This document shows, in pieces, positions 40,683 to 48,906 of a DNA stretch of 64,000 bases. Below the pieces are notes generated by a model that saw only the letters and a list, made by a program, of their open reading frames with translations, was not told the DNA's origin and did not search any database. A program made the translations under genes and the position numbers. The first letter of the stretch is position 1. Each line of letters opens with the position of its first letter. The stretch spans positions 30,233-94,232 of the IMG/VR virus record IMGVR_UViG_3300030095_005132. The stretch is one strand, 5' to 3'. This DNA is from a virus. Its lineage: Duplodnaviria > Caudoviricetes.

Positions 40683-41311
40683 TGATTTCACTATTAGAAA
40701 TTGCACAAAATATGAATGAAGTTGATGACGACAAAATCATCAAGTATAGGGATGAGGAAGGTGAGTCTCAAGAAATGCCAGCCGGTTCTGCAAAAAAACT
40801 CCCTAAAGATCATCCGGCAAAGATAGCTTATGATACGATGGGTAAATATGATGATTATCAGGACAAAAAAGATGATAATGAAAAGGATGATGTTGGTAAA
40901 CTAAGTGATACTGATTTTGATAGAGATGGAAGTGAAGATGATAATGATAAAAGTGATGATGTAGAAATATCCGATGCTAACTCCGGTCCTATTGATAGAG
41001 ATGATATTATGGATATGTTGAAGAACGATTCTGAGATAATGGATAAGATAGGTACAGGTGATGACGATGATTTATATTGGGATGGTTTAGATTTAGTAAG
41101 TTCAAAAATGGATGACCAAACAGTTGCATCTATAGATGGTGATTCTAATATGACTCTTGGTGATTTGAAAAAACAAATAATGAATTTTGAGAATGAAGAA
41201 GATATGGATGAAACCATCACAATCAATGGAAAAAAATATAAAGCAATAAAGGAATCAAAGAAACATTCTCTAAAAGAAAATTACGATAGAATATTTAGGA
41301 GTTTAAAATGA
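40682..41311 (+). CDS. acidic hypothetical head-associated protein
   Basis: MISLLE..MNE leader; Asp-rich; overlaps the protease start. Confidence 0.65.
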   Translation: MISLLEIAQNMNEVDDDKIIKYRDEEGESQEMPAGSAKKLPKDHPAKIAYDTMGKYDDYQDKKDDNEKDDVGKLSDTDFDRDGSEDDNDKSDDVEISDANSGPIDRDDIMDMLKNDSEIMDKIGTGDDDDLYWDGLDLVSSKMDDQTVASIDGDSNMTLGDLKKQIMNFENEEDMDETITINGKKYKAIKESKKHSLKENYDRIFRSLK

Positions 41312-41907
41312 AACAATTAATAGTAGATTACTTACCATTTGAAATACAGGCCGACCAAATCAATGAGGCTATGAAAGAGAACAACGGAAAGTTAGTTGTT
41401 AAGGGTGTATTGCAAAGAGCAGACACTAAAAACCAAAATGGTAGGGTGTATCCAAAAGAAATTTTAGTAAGAGAAGCGAAGAAGTATTCTTCTAATTTCG
41501 TAAAACAAAAAAGAGCTATGGGCGAACTCGACCATCCTGAATCATCTGTTGTTAATTTACAGAATGTATCTCATAATGTAACAGATATGAATTTTAATGG
41601 AGATGATTTAGTTGGTACAGTAGAAGTCCTAACTACACCAAGCGGAAACATTCTAAGAGAATTATTTAAGAATGGTATTAAGTTGGGTATATCTTCTCGT
41701 GGTATGGGTTCGGTTGAATCTGTAAATGAGAGTGGAGCTCAAGAAGTGCAGGATGATTTTGAACTAATCGCTTTTGACTTTGTATCTAATCCATCTACAC
41801 ATGGTGCTTTTCTACATCCAATGAATGAGAGTGTAGAAAATATTGCTGTGCGTGATACTAAGTATGGTAAAGTCGAAGCAGTAATAAATGATATACTGAG
41901 AGGGTAA
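41308..41907 (+). CDS. prohead core protease (T4 gp21-like)
   Basis: NQNGRVY, GELDHP, GISSRG, DFVSNPS motifs. Confidence 0.95.
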   Translation: MKQLIVDYLPFEIQADQINEAMKENNGKLVVKGVLQRADTKNQNGRVYPKEILVREAKKYSSNFVKQKRAMGELDHPESSVVNLQNVSHNVTDMNFNGDDLVGTVEVLTTPSGNILRELFKNGIKLGISSRGMGSVESVNESGAQEVQDDFELIAFDFVSNPSTHGAFLHPMNESVENIAVRDTKYGKVEAVINDILRG

Positions 41908-43167
41908 ATGCCATCTAAGTCCAAACAACAACAAAAGTTTATGGGTATTGTTAGGGCGATACAGAAGGGCGAAGCGCCCGCTGGAAAGTTTTCAAAAGCA
42001 GCTCAAAAGGCTGCTAAGTCTATGAAGAAGGGTAGTGTAAGAAAGTATGCTAAAACAAAGCATGATGACTTACCTAAAAAGGTAAAGGAAGAAAGAGACT
42101 ATAAGGATGAGTATAAGAAATTTCAATCTTCTACAAAGTCTAAGAAATACAGAGCAGAATTAAATAAGTATAATCGTAAGAAGGGTACTTATGGAAATGG
42201 TGATGGCAAAGACGCTTCACATAAAGGGGGAAAGATTGTGGGATTTGAATCAGAGTCTAAGAATAGAGGAAGAGCTGAGAAGAGTCGTTTGAAGAAGGAA
42301 GGATCCGTAAATGAAGCTCCTATGGAATTGAATAAAATCAAAGATGCTATCAAAATGTTTCAAAAGAAAATTGAGAAACAAGGTAGAGTTACCAATGCTA
42401 GAGATGAAGAACATCTGAAAAATTTAATTAAACTTTATATACAGATGGGTGGAAGGGGTGTTAAAGAATCTAAACTCAACGAAAACCCAGCTGCTATGTC
42501 AGCCGTACAAGCCATGACAAAACTTAAAATGAACAACCCCAAAACAGGTAAAAAAGTATCTGCTGCCAGCGCTTTAAAAAATAAAGATAATCCAAATCAT
42601 AAGAAAGCTAAAAGCATCTTTCAAAGATTAAAGGATAAGTTTTCTAAGAAGAAAAAAGAAGAACCTAAAAAACAATCAAAGGCAGATGCTGACTTTTATA
42701 AAAGACAATATGAATCCGTAAATGAAGGCCAAAAAAGAGAAGCCAGTAATATACTAAGAAAATTTGATATGGCTTATATAAAATTCTCAAGAGAGATTAG
42801 AGATGTTATTAAAATGATGGATAGGTCAACCGGTAGTAAAGTGGACGGAAAGATTATAGAAAAGGCATATGGAAAAGGTCTTATTCCACTTAATAAACTA
42901 ATGATAGAATGGGATAGAGGACAACAATCAAATCCTGGTATAGATGAAGCTAAAGATCCTGATATAATTTCTAAAATTAGGGATGTTTTAAAGAATGGTA
43001 TTACAAATATTAAAGATCCTGTATCAGGTAAAAATATGAAAGTTGATTCTTTTTCTGCATCTGCTATAACTCAGGTATATGATAAGATTAATAGAGCTAA
43101 TAAGAAAAAATTTGTAAAGCTATCATTACCTAAAATGGCTAAATTAGCTATGAAATTCGTAAAATGA
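41908..43167 (+). CDS. basic multi-module protein (DUF3008-like, HNH-like and other modules)
   Basis: MPSKSKQQQKFMG N-module; RDYKDEY..GDGKDASH..SKNRGR HNH-like module; modules separated by E(G)SVNE/ESKLNE/IDE linkers. Confidence 0.65.
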   Translation: MPSKSKQQQKFMGIVRAIQKGEAPAGKFSKAAQKAAKSMKKGSVRKYAKTKHDDLPKKVKEERDYKDEYKKFQSSTKSKKYRAELNKYNRKKGTYGNGDGKDASHKGGKIVGFESESKNRGRAEKSRLKKEGSVNEAPMELNKIKDAIKMFQKKIEKQGRVTNARDEEHLKNLIKLYIQMGGRGVKESKLNENPAAMSAVQAMTKLKMNNPKTGKKVSAASALKNKDNPNHKKAKSIFQRLKDKFSKKKKEEPKKQSKADADFYKRQYESVNEGQKREASNILRKFDMAYIKFSREIRDVIKMMDRSTGSKVDGKIIEKAYGKGLIPLNKLMIEWDRGQQSNPGIDEAKDPDIISKIRDVLKNGITNIKDPVSGKNMKVDSFSASAITQVYDKINRANKKKFVKLSLPKMAKLAMKFVK

Positions 43168-43427
43168 TAAAGCTTAAAGACATTTTAACCGAAGCTGACG
43201 ACCACGAAGGTAAGATGGCTAAATCACAATTAGAACGTTCTATGAAATATTCTAAGATGATTTACAAAATGATTGATAATGTCGGTAAGGGTGGTGAAGT
43301 AGAAATGCCGGCTTGGGTTCAGTCTAAACTAACTAAGTCTATGGACTATTTACAGAGTGTGTACAATTACTTAGACGGTAAAGATGGTTTAGAAGATAAA
43401 TTTCAAAAAGAAAATTCAAAAAAGTAA
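43164..43427 (+). CDS. hypothetical head-associated protein
   Basis: MIKLKDILTE leader followed by a DHEGKMAKSQL..PAWVQSKLT..DYL domain. Confidence 0.7.
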   Translation: MIKLKDILTEADDHEGKMAKSQLERSMKYSKMIYKMIDNVGKGGEVEMPAWVQSKLTKSMDYLQSVYNYLDGKDGLEDKFQKENSKK

Positions 43428-43435
43428 TATTTATA
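43427..43435 (+). promoter_or_regulatory. candidate late promoter ATATTTATA
   Basis: Recurrent motif, immediately upstream of the AAGGAG SD of 43452. Confidence 0.55.
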
Positions 43436-43451
43436 TCTAAGGAGATAAATT

Positions 43452-44087
43452 ATGGCTAACATTAAATTAAAAGATTTACTAAACGAAGTGACATTAGCTG
43501 GTGGTATTGTTTCTGAAAGTCCTTGGGCTAAGAATGAGGAAGAAAAACCATCCGTAAATGTAAAAGAATTGGTAGAATCCATTCGTAACTTTAACTCTAT
43601 AGGTGAATCCATCTATGGTAAGGGCAGCCTGAAAGAAATAGCTGAAAGTCTTTCATCAATTGCTGAAGGTGCTGCTCAACATACTTTATCTGAAGCAGGT
43701 GATATGTTCGATAAGATTACGGTTAGTCGTAATATGAAAGAACTTACAAATCTATCCAAACAATTTGGTAAAGTATCCAGCGAAGCTAACTCTTTACAAG
43801 AAAGAATGAGTGGTTTATATGAAGATATGGGTAATATTTTAGGTAGATACTATGAAATTGGTGAAAAACATATACCAGGTCATGATGACGATGATAGAGA
43901 TGTGAGAGATGATATGGATGAAGCCGATACTATGATGTTCAGAGAAGAGGATAATTATAAGGCATTCTTTAAAAAAGCTATGAAAAAATTTAATGTATCT
44001 GATATTGAAGATATGAGTGATGATGATAAAAAAGATTTCTTCAATTATGTAGATAGAAACTATAAGGCGAAAAACGAAAAAGACTAA
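43452..44087 (+). CDS. hypothetical head-associated/prohead-core-like protein
   Basis: MANIKLKDLLNE leader; helical core; C-terminal YKAFFKKAMKKF..KKDFFNYVD module. Confidence 0.65.
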   Translation: MANIKLKDLLNEVTLAGGIVSESPWAKNEEEKPSVNVKELVESIRNFNSIGESIYGKGSLKEIAESLSSIAEGAAQHTLSEAGDMFDKITVSRNMKELTNLSKQFGKVSSEANSLQERMSGLYEDMGNILGRYYEIGEKHIPGHDDDDRDVRDDMDEADTMMFREEDNYKAFFKKAMKKFNVSDIEDMSDDDKKDFFNYVDRNYKAKNEKD

Positions 44088-44096
44088 GAGGTATTT

Positions 44097-44324
44097 ATGT
44101 CAATAAAAGTTGTAGTAAAAAATAATAATGTTGAAAAAGCTATCAGCATATTTAAGAGAAAAGTAAAAGACTCAAATATGATGTATGAGCTGAGAGAAAG
44201 AGAGTTTTACAAAAAACCATCTTCTATAAAAAAAGAGATGAAAAATAAAGCAAGAGCTCGTAACCATTGGAAAAATATAAAACTAATGGAAGAAGATTCG
44301 CGAAAAAGAGGAAGAAAATTTTAA
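44097..44324 (+). CDS. rpsU: phage-encoded ribosomal protein bS21
   Basis: V-x-V-x-N-x2-EKAISIFKRKV..ELREREFYKKPS..K..KAR matches the S21 pattern; 75 aa, basic; GAGG SD. Confidence 0.88.
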   Translation: MSIKVVVKNNNVEKAISIFKRKVKDSNMMYELREREFYKKPSSIKKEMKNKARARNHWKNIKLMEEDSRKRGRKF

Positions 44325-44330
44325 TTTGTT

Positions 44331-44339
44331 ATATTTATA
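44331..44339 (+). promoter_or_regulatory. candidate late promoter ATATTTATA for the scaffold-capsid operon
   Basis: Recurrent intergenic motif. Confidence 0.6.
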
Positions 44340-44355
44340 TATATAAAAACTAAAC

Positions 44356-44440
44356 ACACCGTTCCTATCATATACGGTGTAACCGAAATATAATAATTCT
44401 ATTATAGTTCCCAATAACTATACTAAATCCTAAATAGGAG
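44356..44440 (+). ncRNA. candidate structured 5' leader (cis-regulatory RNA) of the scaffold gene
   Basis: Hairpins ACACCGT/ACGGTGT, TATAATA/TATTATA, TATAGTT/AACTATA; loop TCCTAT is complementary to ATAGGA of the SD. Confidence 0.45.
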
Positions 44441-44444
44441 AATA

Positions 44445-45491
44445 ATAGCAATTGCTGACGCAAAAGCTGTTCGTGAGACTGCTTTAGAAAACGCAAAGAT
44501 GGCTTTAGAAGAGGCTTTTACTCCAAGATTACAGAACATGCTATCCCAGAAGATTCAGACAGAAATGGAAGATGAAGATGAGAAAGATGTTGATGAAATC
44601 TCATACAAAGAAGATGATGAAGATCCTTCCGATGAAGATTCACAAGAAGAAATGGCGATGGCGATGAAAGATGCTGACGAAGATCCTTCTGACGAAGATT
44701 CTGAAGATGTTGATGAATCTAAAATCATAGAAATTGATGGTGTGAAGTACGCACCTGTCGTTTCTGAGGAAGAAGAGGAAGATGAGGACATGGATGAGAT
44801 GAAAGATGAAGATGATGAAGATATGGAAGAAGATCTTGATTTGGAATCTGTAATTAAAGAGTTAGAGTCTGAGCTTGATGAAATTGAAGATAAAGATGAT
44901 GAAAAAGAAGAAATGGACGAAAATGATGTTTCCTCTGATATTGGCAAATCTGACAATAAAGTCAATAAAAAAGCCAATGATACATCTGCAGTCGGAAGTG
45001 ACGGAAAAGCGAAGTTAAAAGAAACTGCTAAAAAAGATGGCGATGAGGTTGATGAAGATATTGATCTTGACGAAGTACTTAAAGCACTTTCTGAAGAAGA
45101 AGAGGAAGATGAAGAAAAGAATGAAGTCGCAGAACTAAAATCTGATCTTGAAGAACATCGTTCCGTAATCGAAACACTTCGTGGAAAGCTTAATGAAGTT
45201 AACTTGCTAAATGCTAAACTGTTGTTCACAAACAAACTATTCAGAAAGCATGGTTTGAATAACGAACAGAAGATGAAAGTCGTTGAGCAATTCGACAGAG
45301 CTAGTAACTTACGTGAAGTCAAGTTAGTGTATTCTACACTTGGTGAATCATTTGGTGCTAGAAAAAATGAAATTAATGAATCTAAGGGAAGCGCTTCCAA
45401 ACCAGTAGCGTCTACTAAACCTGAAAAAGAAGTAATAACTGAAAGTTCAGATTTAAGAGACAGGTTTAAGAAGTTAGCTAACCTTATTTAA
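44445..45491 (+). CDS. prohead scaffold protein (acidic, gp22-like position); start codon uncertain
   Basis: Very Asp/Glu-rich centre, C-terminal coiled coil LNEVNLLNAKLLF and RFKKLANLI end, directly upstream of the capsid gene; first ATG is 44499 but the frame is open from 44427 and the SD is at 44436-44440. Confidence 0.8.
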   Translation: MAIADAKAVRETALENAKMALEEAFTPRLQNMLSQKIQTEMEDEDEKDVDEISYKEDDEDPSDEDSQEEMAMAMKDADEDPSDEDSEDVDESKIIEIDGVKYAPVVSEEEEEDEDMDEMKDEDDEDMEEDLDLESVIKELESELDEIEDKDDEKEEMDENDVSSDIGKSDNKVNKKANDTSAVGSDGKAKLKETAKKDGDEVDEDIDLDEVLKALSEEEEEDEEKNEVAELKSDLEEHRSVIETLRGKLNEVNLLNAKLLFTNKLFRKHGLNNEQKMKVVEQFDRASNLREVKLVYSTLGESFGARKNEINESKGSASKPVASTKPEKEVITESSDLRDRFKKLANLI

Positions 45492-45506
45492 TTGGGAGAC
45501 AAAATA

Positions 45507-47144
45507 ATGTCAAACTTTGATAATATAACAGACGTGATGGGTGGTCATAACCCTCATCAAGAGCTTCTGAAGCAGACTCGTAAGTTAGTCGGCAAATGGG
45601 AGCCAACCGGATTGTTAGATGATATCAATGATTCCACTAAGAAACAGGGAATGGCTGTTCTTTTAGAAAACCAGGCAACGCAGCTTATTAAAGAAGCTTC
45701 AGCGACAGGCACTGGTGGAGATAAAGAAGAGTGGTCAGGTGTTGCTTTACCATTGGTTCGTAGAATCTTTGGTGAATTAGCTGCACAAGAGTTTGTTAGT
45801 GTTCAGCCGATGAATCTACCTTCTGGTCTTATTTTCTTTTTGGATTTCAAATATGGCTCCACAGGCCAAGCTCAGCACACAGCTGATACTGATGTATTTG
45901 GTAATACTTCAGGCTCAGGCGATGCTAGTGGTGGTTTGTATGGTGCTGGTAAATTTGGATATTCAATTAACGATAAATCTGTATCTGATTTAGCTACAAT
46001 AGCGGCAAGTAACGCATCAACTGGTTCTGCTACATGGAAAGATGTAGAGTTTGAACCAGATTTAAGTGCTTCTGTTGCTGATGGAACACTTAAAAAGCTA
46101 CAGGTTGGTGCTGGTTTATTTACCCGTGCTGATTTTAATGGTGTTCGTGCATTTGAACTTACCGGTTCTGCAGTTTCTGCTGTTTATCCAGCATACACCG
46201 TAGTTGATGATGTAAACAATGTAACTACTGCTAGTTTCTTTTTCAAAGACGATGGAACTGGTGCACATGGACAACTTTTTGGTATTAAATACCATGAAGC
46301 TCCAATTGCTACAGCTCGTGGTGACTTTGAAGCTACTACAACTCAGATTGATGCAAATCCTGAAACTGATATTGATATACCAGAAGTTGATATTGCATTA
46401 AAGAGTGAAGCTATCGTTGCTAAGACTCGTAAGTTGAAAGCTGTTTGGACTCCAGAGCTTGCTCAGGATTTAAACGCTTATCACAGTGTTGATGCTGAAG
46501 CTGAATTAACTGCTATGCTTAGTGAATATATCGCTATGGAAATCGATTTAGAAATCCTTGATATGTTGAAAGCTAATGCTTCTGCTAAGACAGCATACTG
46601 GTCAGCTAAAGTTGGATATGAATACGATGGTTCCGGAACAGGCGCATCTGCTTTTACACAAATAAGTGGTGCTTCTAATGCTTATACGAAATCTCAATGG
46701 TTTCAAACATTAGGTATTAAGATACAATCTGTTTCTAATGCTATTCATCAGAAAACACTACGTGGTGGTGCTAATTTTGCTGTTGTTTCTCCTGAAACTG
46801 CAACAATCTTAGAATCTGTAAGCGGATATGTTGCTAATACTGGTGACGCTTCCGGCAAACAGTACGCTATGGGTGTTGAAGCTGTTGGTTCAATAAATAA
46901 CAGATATACTGTTTATAAGAATCCTTACATGTTGGATAATTCTATACTTATTGGTTTCCGTGGAAGTAACTTCCTAGAAACTGGTGCTGTATATGCTCCA
47001 TATGTACCGATGATTATGACTCCGTTAGTATACGATCCTAAGAACTTTACTCCACGTAAAGGTGTTATGACTCGTTACGCTAAAAAGATGGTTCGTCCTG
47101 AATTTTACGGAAAAGTTATCGTTGCTGATATCGACCAAGTTTAA
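45507..47144 (+). CDS. major capsid protein (T4 gp23-like)
   Basis: LLENQ, VQPMNLPSGLIF, AKTRKLKAVWTPELAQDLNAYH, YAPYVP, PRKGVMTRY motifs; ATG 45507 with GGGAG SD. Confidence 0.96.
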   Translation: MSNFDNITDVMGGHNPHQELLKQTRKLVGKWEPTGLLDDINDSTKKQGMAVLLENQATQLIKEASATGTGGDKEEWSGVALPLVRRIFGELAAQEFVSVQPMNLPSGLIFFLDFKYGSTGQAQHTADTDVFGNTSGSGDASGGLYGAGKFGYSINDKSVSDLATIAASNASTGSATWKDVEFEPDLSASVADGTLKKLQVGAGLFTRADFNGVRAFELTGSAVSAVYPAYTVVDDVNNVTTASFFFKDDGTGAHGQLFGIKYHEAPIATARGDFEATTTQIDANPETDIDIPEVDIALKSEAIVAKTRKLKAVWTPELAQDLNAYHSVDAEAELTAMLSEYIAMEIDLEILDMLKANASAKTAYWSAKVGYEYDGSGTGASAFTQISGASNAYTKSQWFQTLGIKIQSVSNAIHQKTLRGGANFAVVSPETATILESVSGYVANTGDASGKQYAMGVEAVGSINNRYTVYKNPYMLDNSILIGFRGSNFLETGAVYAPYVPMIMTPLVYDPKNFTPRKGVMTRYAKKMVRPEFYGKVIVADIDQV

Positions 47145-47166
47145 TTGTATAACAATTAATCTACTT

Positions 47167-47196
47167 AAAAAGGGAAGAGAAATCTTCCCTTTTTTT
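47167..47196 (+). terminator. intrinsic terminator after the capsid gene (potentially bidirectional)
   Basis: AAAAAGGGAAGA-GAAA-TCTTCCCTTTTTTT: perfect stem, GNRA loop, U tract. Confidence 0.9.
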
Positions 47197-47205
47197 GTGC
47201 CTTGT

Positions 47206-47213
47206 ATATTTAT
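47206..47213 (+). promoter_or_regulatory. candidate late promoter ATATTTAT
   Basis: Directly after the terminator, upstream of the neck gene. Confidence 0.6.
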
Positions 47214-47246
47214 TATTGAATTAATACACCTTTTTAGGAGAATAAA

Positions 47247-48413
47247 ATGGAAGCGATTTGGGCAGGTAGTAGTTCCTTTTCATCAGGAAATACACCATAT
47301 GGATTTTATGATAGTGATTCAGAGTTTTCTGGTTCAGGAAACCACTCTGTAGATAAGTTTGCTGATTGGTCTGCTAAAAGATTAGGATATCCAATAGTTG
47401 AAATAGAATTACAAGATGTACAATTTTATGCTTGTTATGAAGAAGCTATAACAGAATATAGTGCGCAAGTTAATCAATTTAATATCAGAGATAATATGTT
47501 GGCTTTACAAGGTCAAGAAACAGGTTCTGGTGAAACAAAAACAGATTTAACACATAGAAAACTAACGCCTACGATTGGTAGAAATATACAACTAGCAGAA
47601 CAATATGGTTCAGAGGCTGGTGTTGGTGGTACAGTAGATTTTAAAAGTGGTTCTATTGATATAGTTAGCGGCTCACAAGTATATGATTTAGATTCTTTGT
47701 GGGCTCAAGTATCAGAAAGTGGTGATGCGATTGAAATTAGAAAAGTATTCTATGAAGCTTCTCCTGCTATAACTAGATATTTCGATCCTTATGCTGGTAC
47801 GGGTGATGGTTCTTATAATATGTTAGATTCGTTTGGTTGGGGAAATTATTCTCCAGGTGTTTCATTTATGATGATGCCTATGTATGCTGATATGTTAAAG
47901 ATACAAGCTATAGAATTTAACGACCAAATCAGAAAATCAGCATTTTCATTTGAACTGAGAAATAATAAAATAAGAATTTTTCCAAATCCTACTGAAAATT
48001 ACAAACTTCATTTTGATTATATAGTAAAGAAAGATAGAAACAATACATTACAAGGAACATCAGATGGTGTAATAACAGATTTTTCAAATGCTCCTTTCAA
48101 TAATATGACATTTGCTAATATCAATGAAGTTGGAAAACAATGGATAAAAAAGTATGGGCTAGCTCTTTGTAAAGAATTATTGGGAACAATAAGAAGTAAA
48201 TACGCTTCGTTACCTATACCTGGCGCAGAAACAACATTAGATGGTGATACTTTAAGAACAGAAGCATCTACCGAAAAGGAAGTATTAGTAACTCAACTTA
48301 GAGAGATGTTAGAACAGATGAGTAGAAAAGCTCTTTTAGAAGCAGATAAAGATGAAGCTGAATTTCTAAATGAGAAATTAAATAAAGTTCCAATTCCAAT
48401 ATTTATAGGATAA
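47247..48413 (+). CDS. neck/head-tail adaptor protein (T4 gp13-like)
   Basis: KRLGYPIVEIEL, WIKKYGLALCKELLG-x-IRSKY, PIPG..LDG motifs; follows the capsid gene. Confidence 0.8.
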   Translation: MEAIWAGSSSFSSGNTPYGFYDSDSEFSGSGNHSVDKFADWSAKRLGYPIVEIELQDVQFYACYEEAITEYSAQVNQFNIRDNMLALQGQETGSGETKTDLTHRKLTPTIGRNIQLAEQYGSEAGVGGTVDFKSGSIDIVSGSQVYDLDSLWAQVSESGDAIEIRKVFYEASPAITRYFDPYAGTGDGSYNMLDSFGWGNYSPGVSFMMMPMYADMLKIQAIEFNDQIRKSAFSFELRNNKIRIFPNPTENYKLHFDYIVKKDRNNTLQGTSDGVITDFSNAPFNNMTFANINEVGKQWIKKYGLALCKELLGTIRSKYASLPIPGAETTLDGDTLRTEASTEKEVLVTQLREMLEQMSRKALLEADKDEAEFLNEKLNKVPIPIFIG

Positions 48414-48417
48414 TAAT

Positions 48418-48906
48418 ATGGCTGGTAGATTTTTACCCCAAAGAGATGTTAACTTAGTAACCCGTGTTACTAAGGAACTTGTCGGGGATAAACAAAATAA
48501 TAAAGATGGTATAATTAACCAAGAGTGTGTTATATACAAACCATCACTCCAAGAGTCTGTAACCAATATGTATGGTGAAGCAGCTGGTGGTAAAAAAGTA
48601 TATAAGAATGGGGTTCAAATGAATGCATTAATAGATGCTGAGGATTTTGACTTTAATACAGATGAATTTGGACCTGATGCTGGACAAACTGCAACATTCT
48701 CATTCTTACGACAATCTTTTATAGATGCTTCAATGGTATTAGAGATAGGCGATTTGATAGATTGGAATTATGGATACTTTGAAGTTGGTACTATAAATGA
48801 AAATCAGTTAATAGGTGGACAATTTGACCAAAACTATTCGGTTATAGCAAACACTTTCTTAGTTAGAAAGAGTTCTATACAGATAGAAAGAATCAGGAGT
48901 AATTAA
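48418..48906 (+). CDS. head closure/neck protein (gp14-like position)
   Basis: NMYGEA and LEIGDLIDW motifs; synteny after the gp13-like gene. Confidence 0.6.
   Translation: MAGRFLPQRDVNLVTRVTKELVGDKQNNKDGIINQECVIYKPSLQESVTNMYGEAAGGKKVYKNGVQMNALIDAEDFDFNTDEFGPDAGQTATFSFLRQSFIDASMVLEIGDLIDWNYGYFEVGTINENQLIGGQFDQNYSVIANTFLVRKSSIQIERIRSN

Noticed and set aside
44555-45400. 281-aa Ser-rich minus-strand ORF
   Set aside because: Antisense shadow of the GAA/GAT-rich scaffold gene
35766-47144. Inteins or introns in terminase, portal or capsid genes
   Set aside because: Lengths are ordinary, motifs are contiguous, and no intein splice motifs were seen
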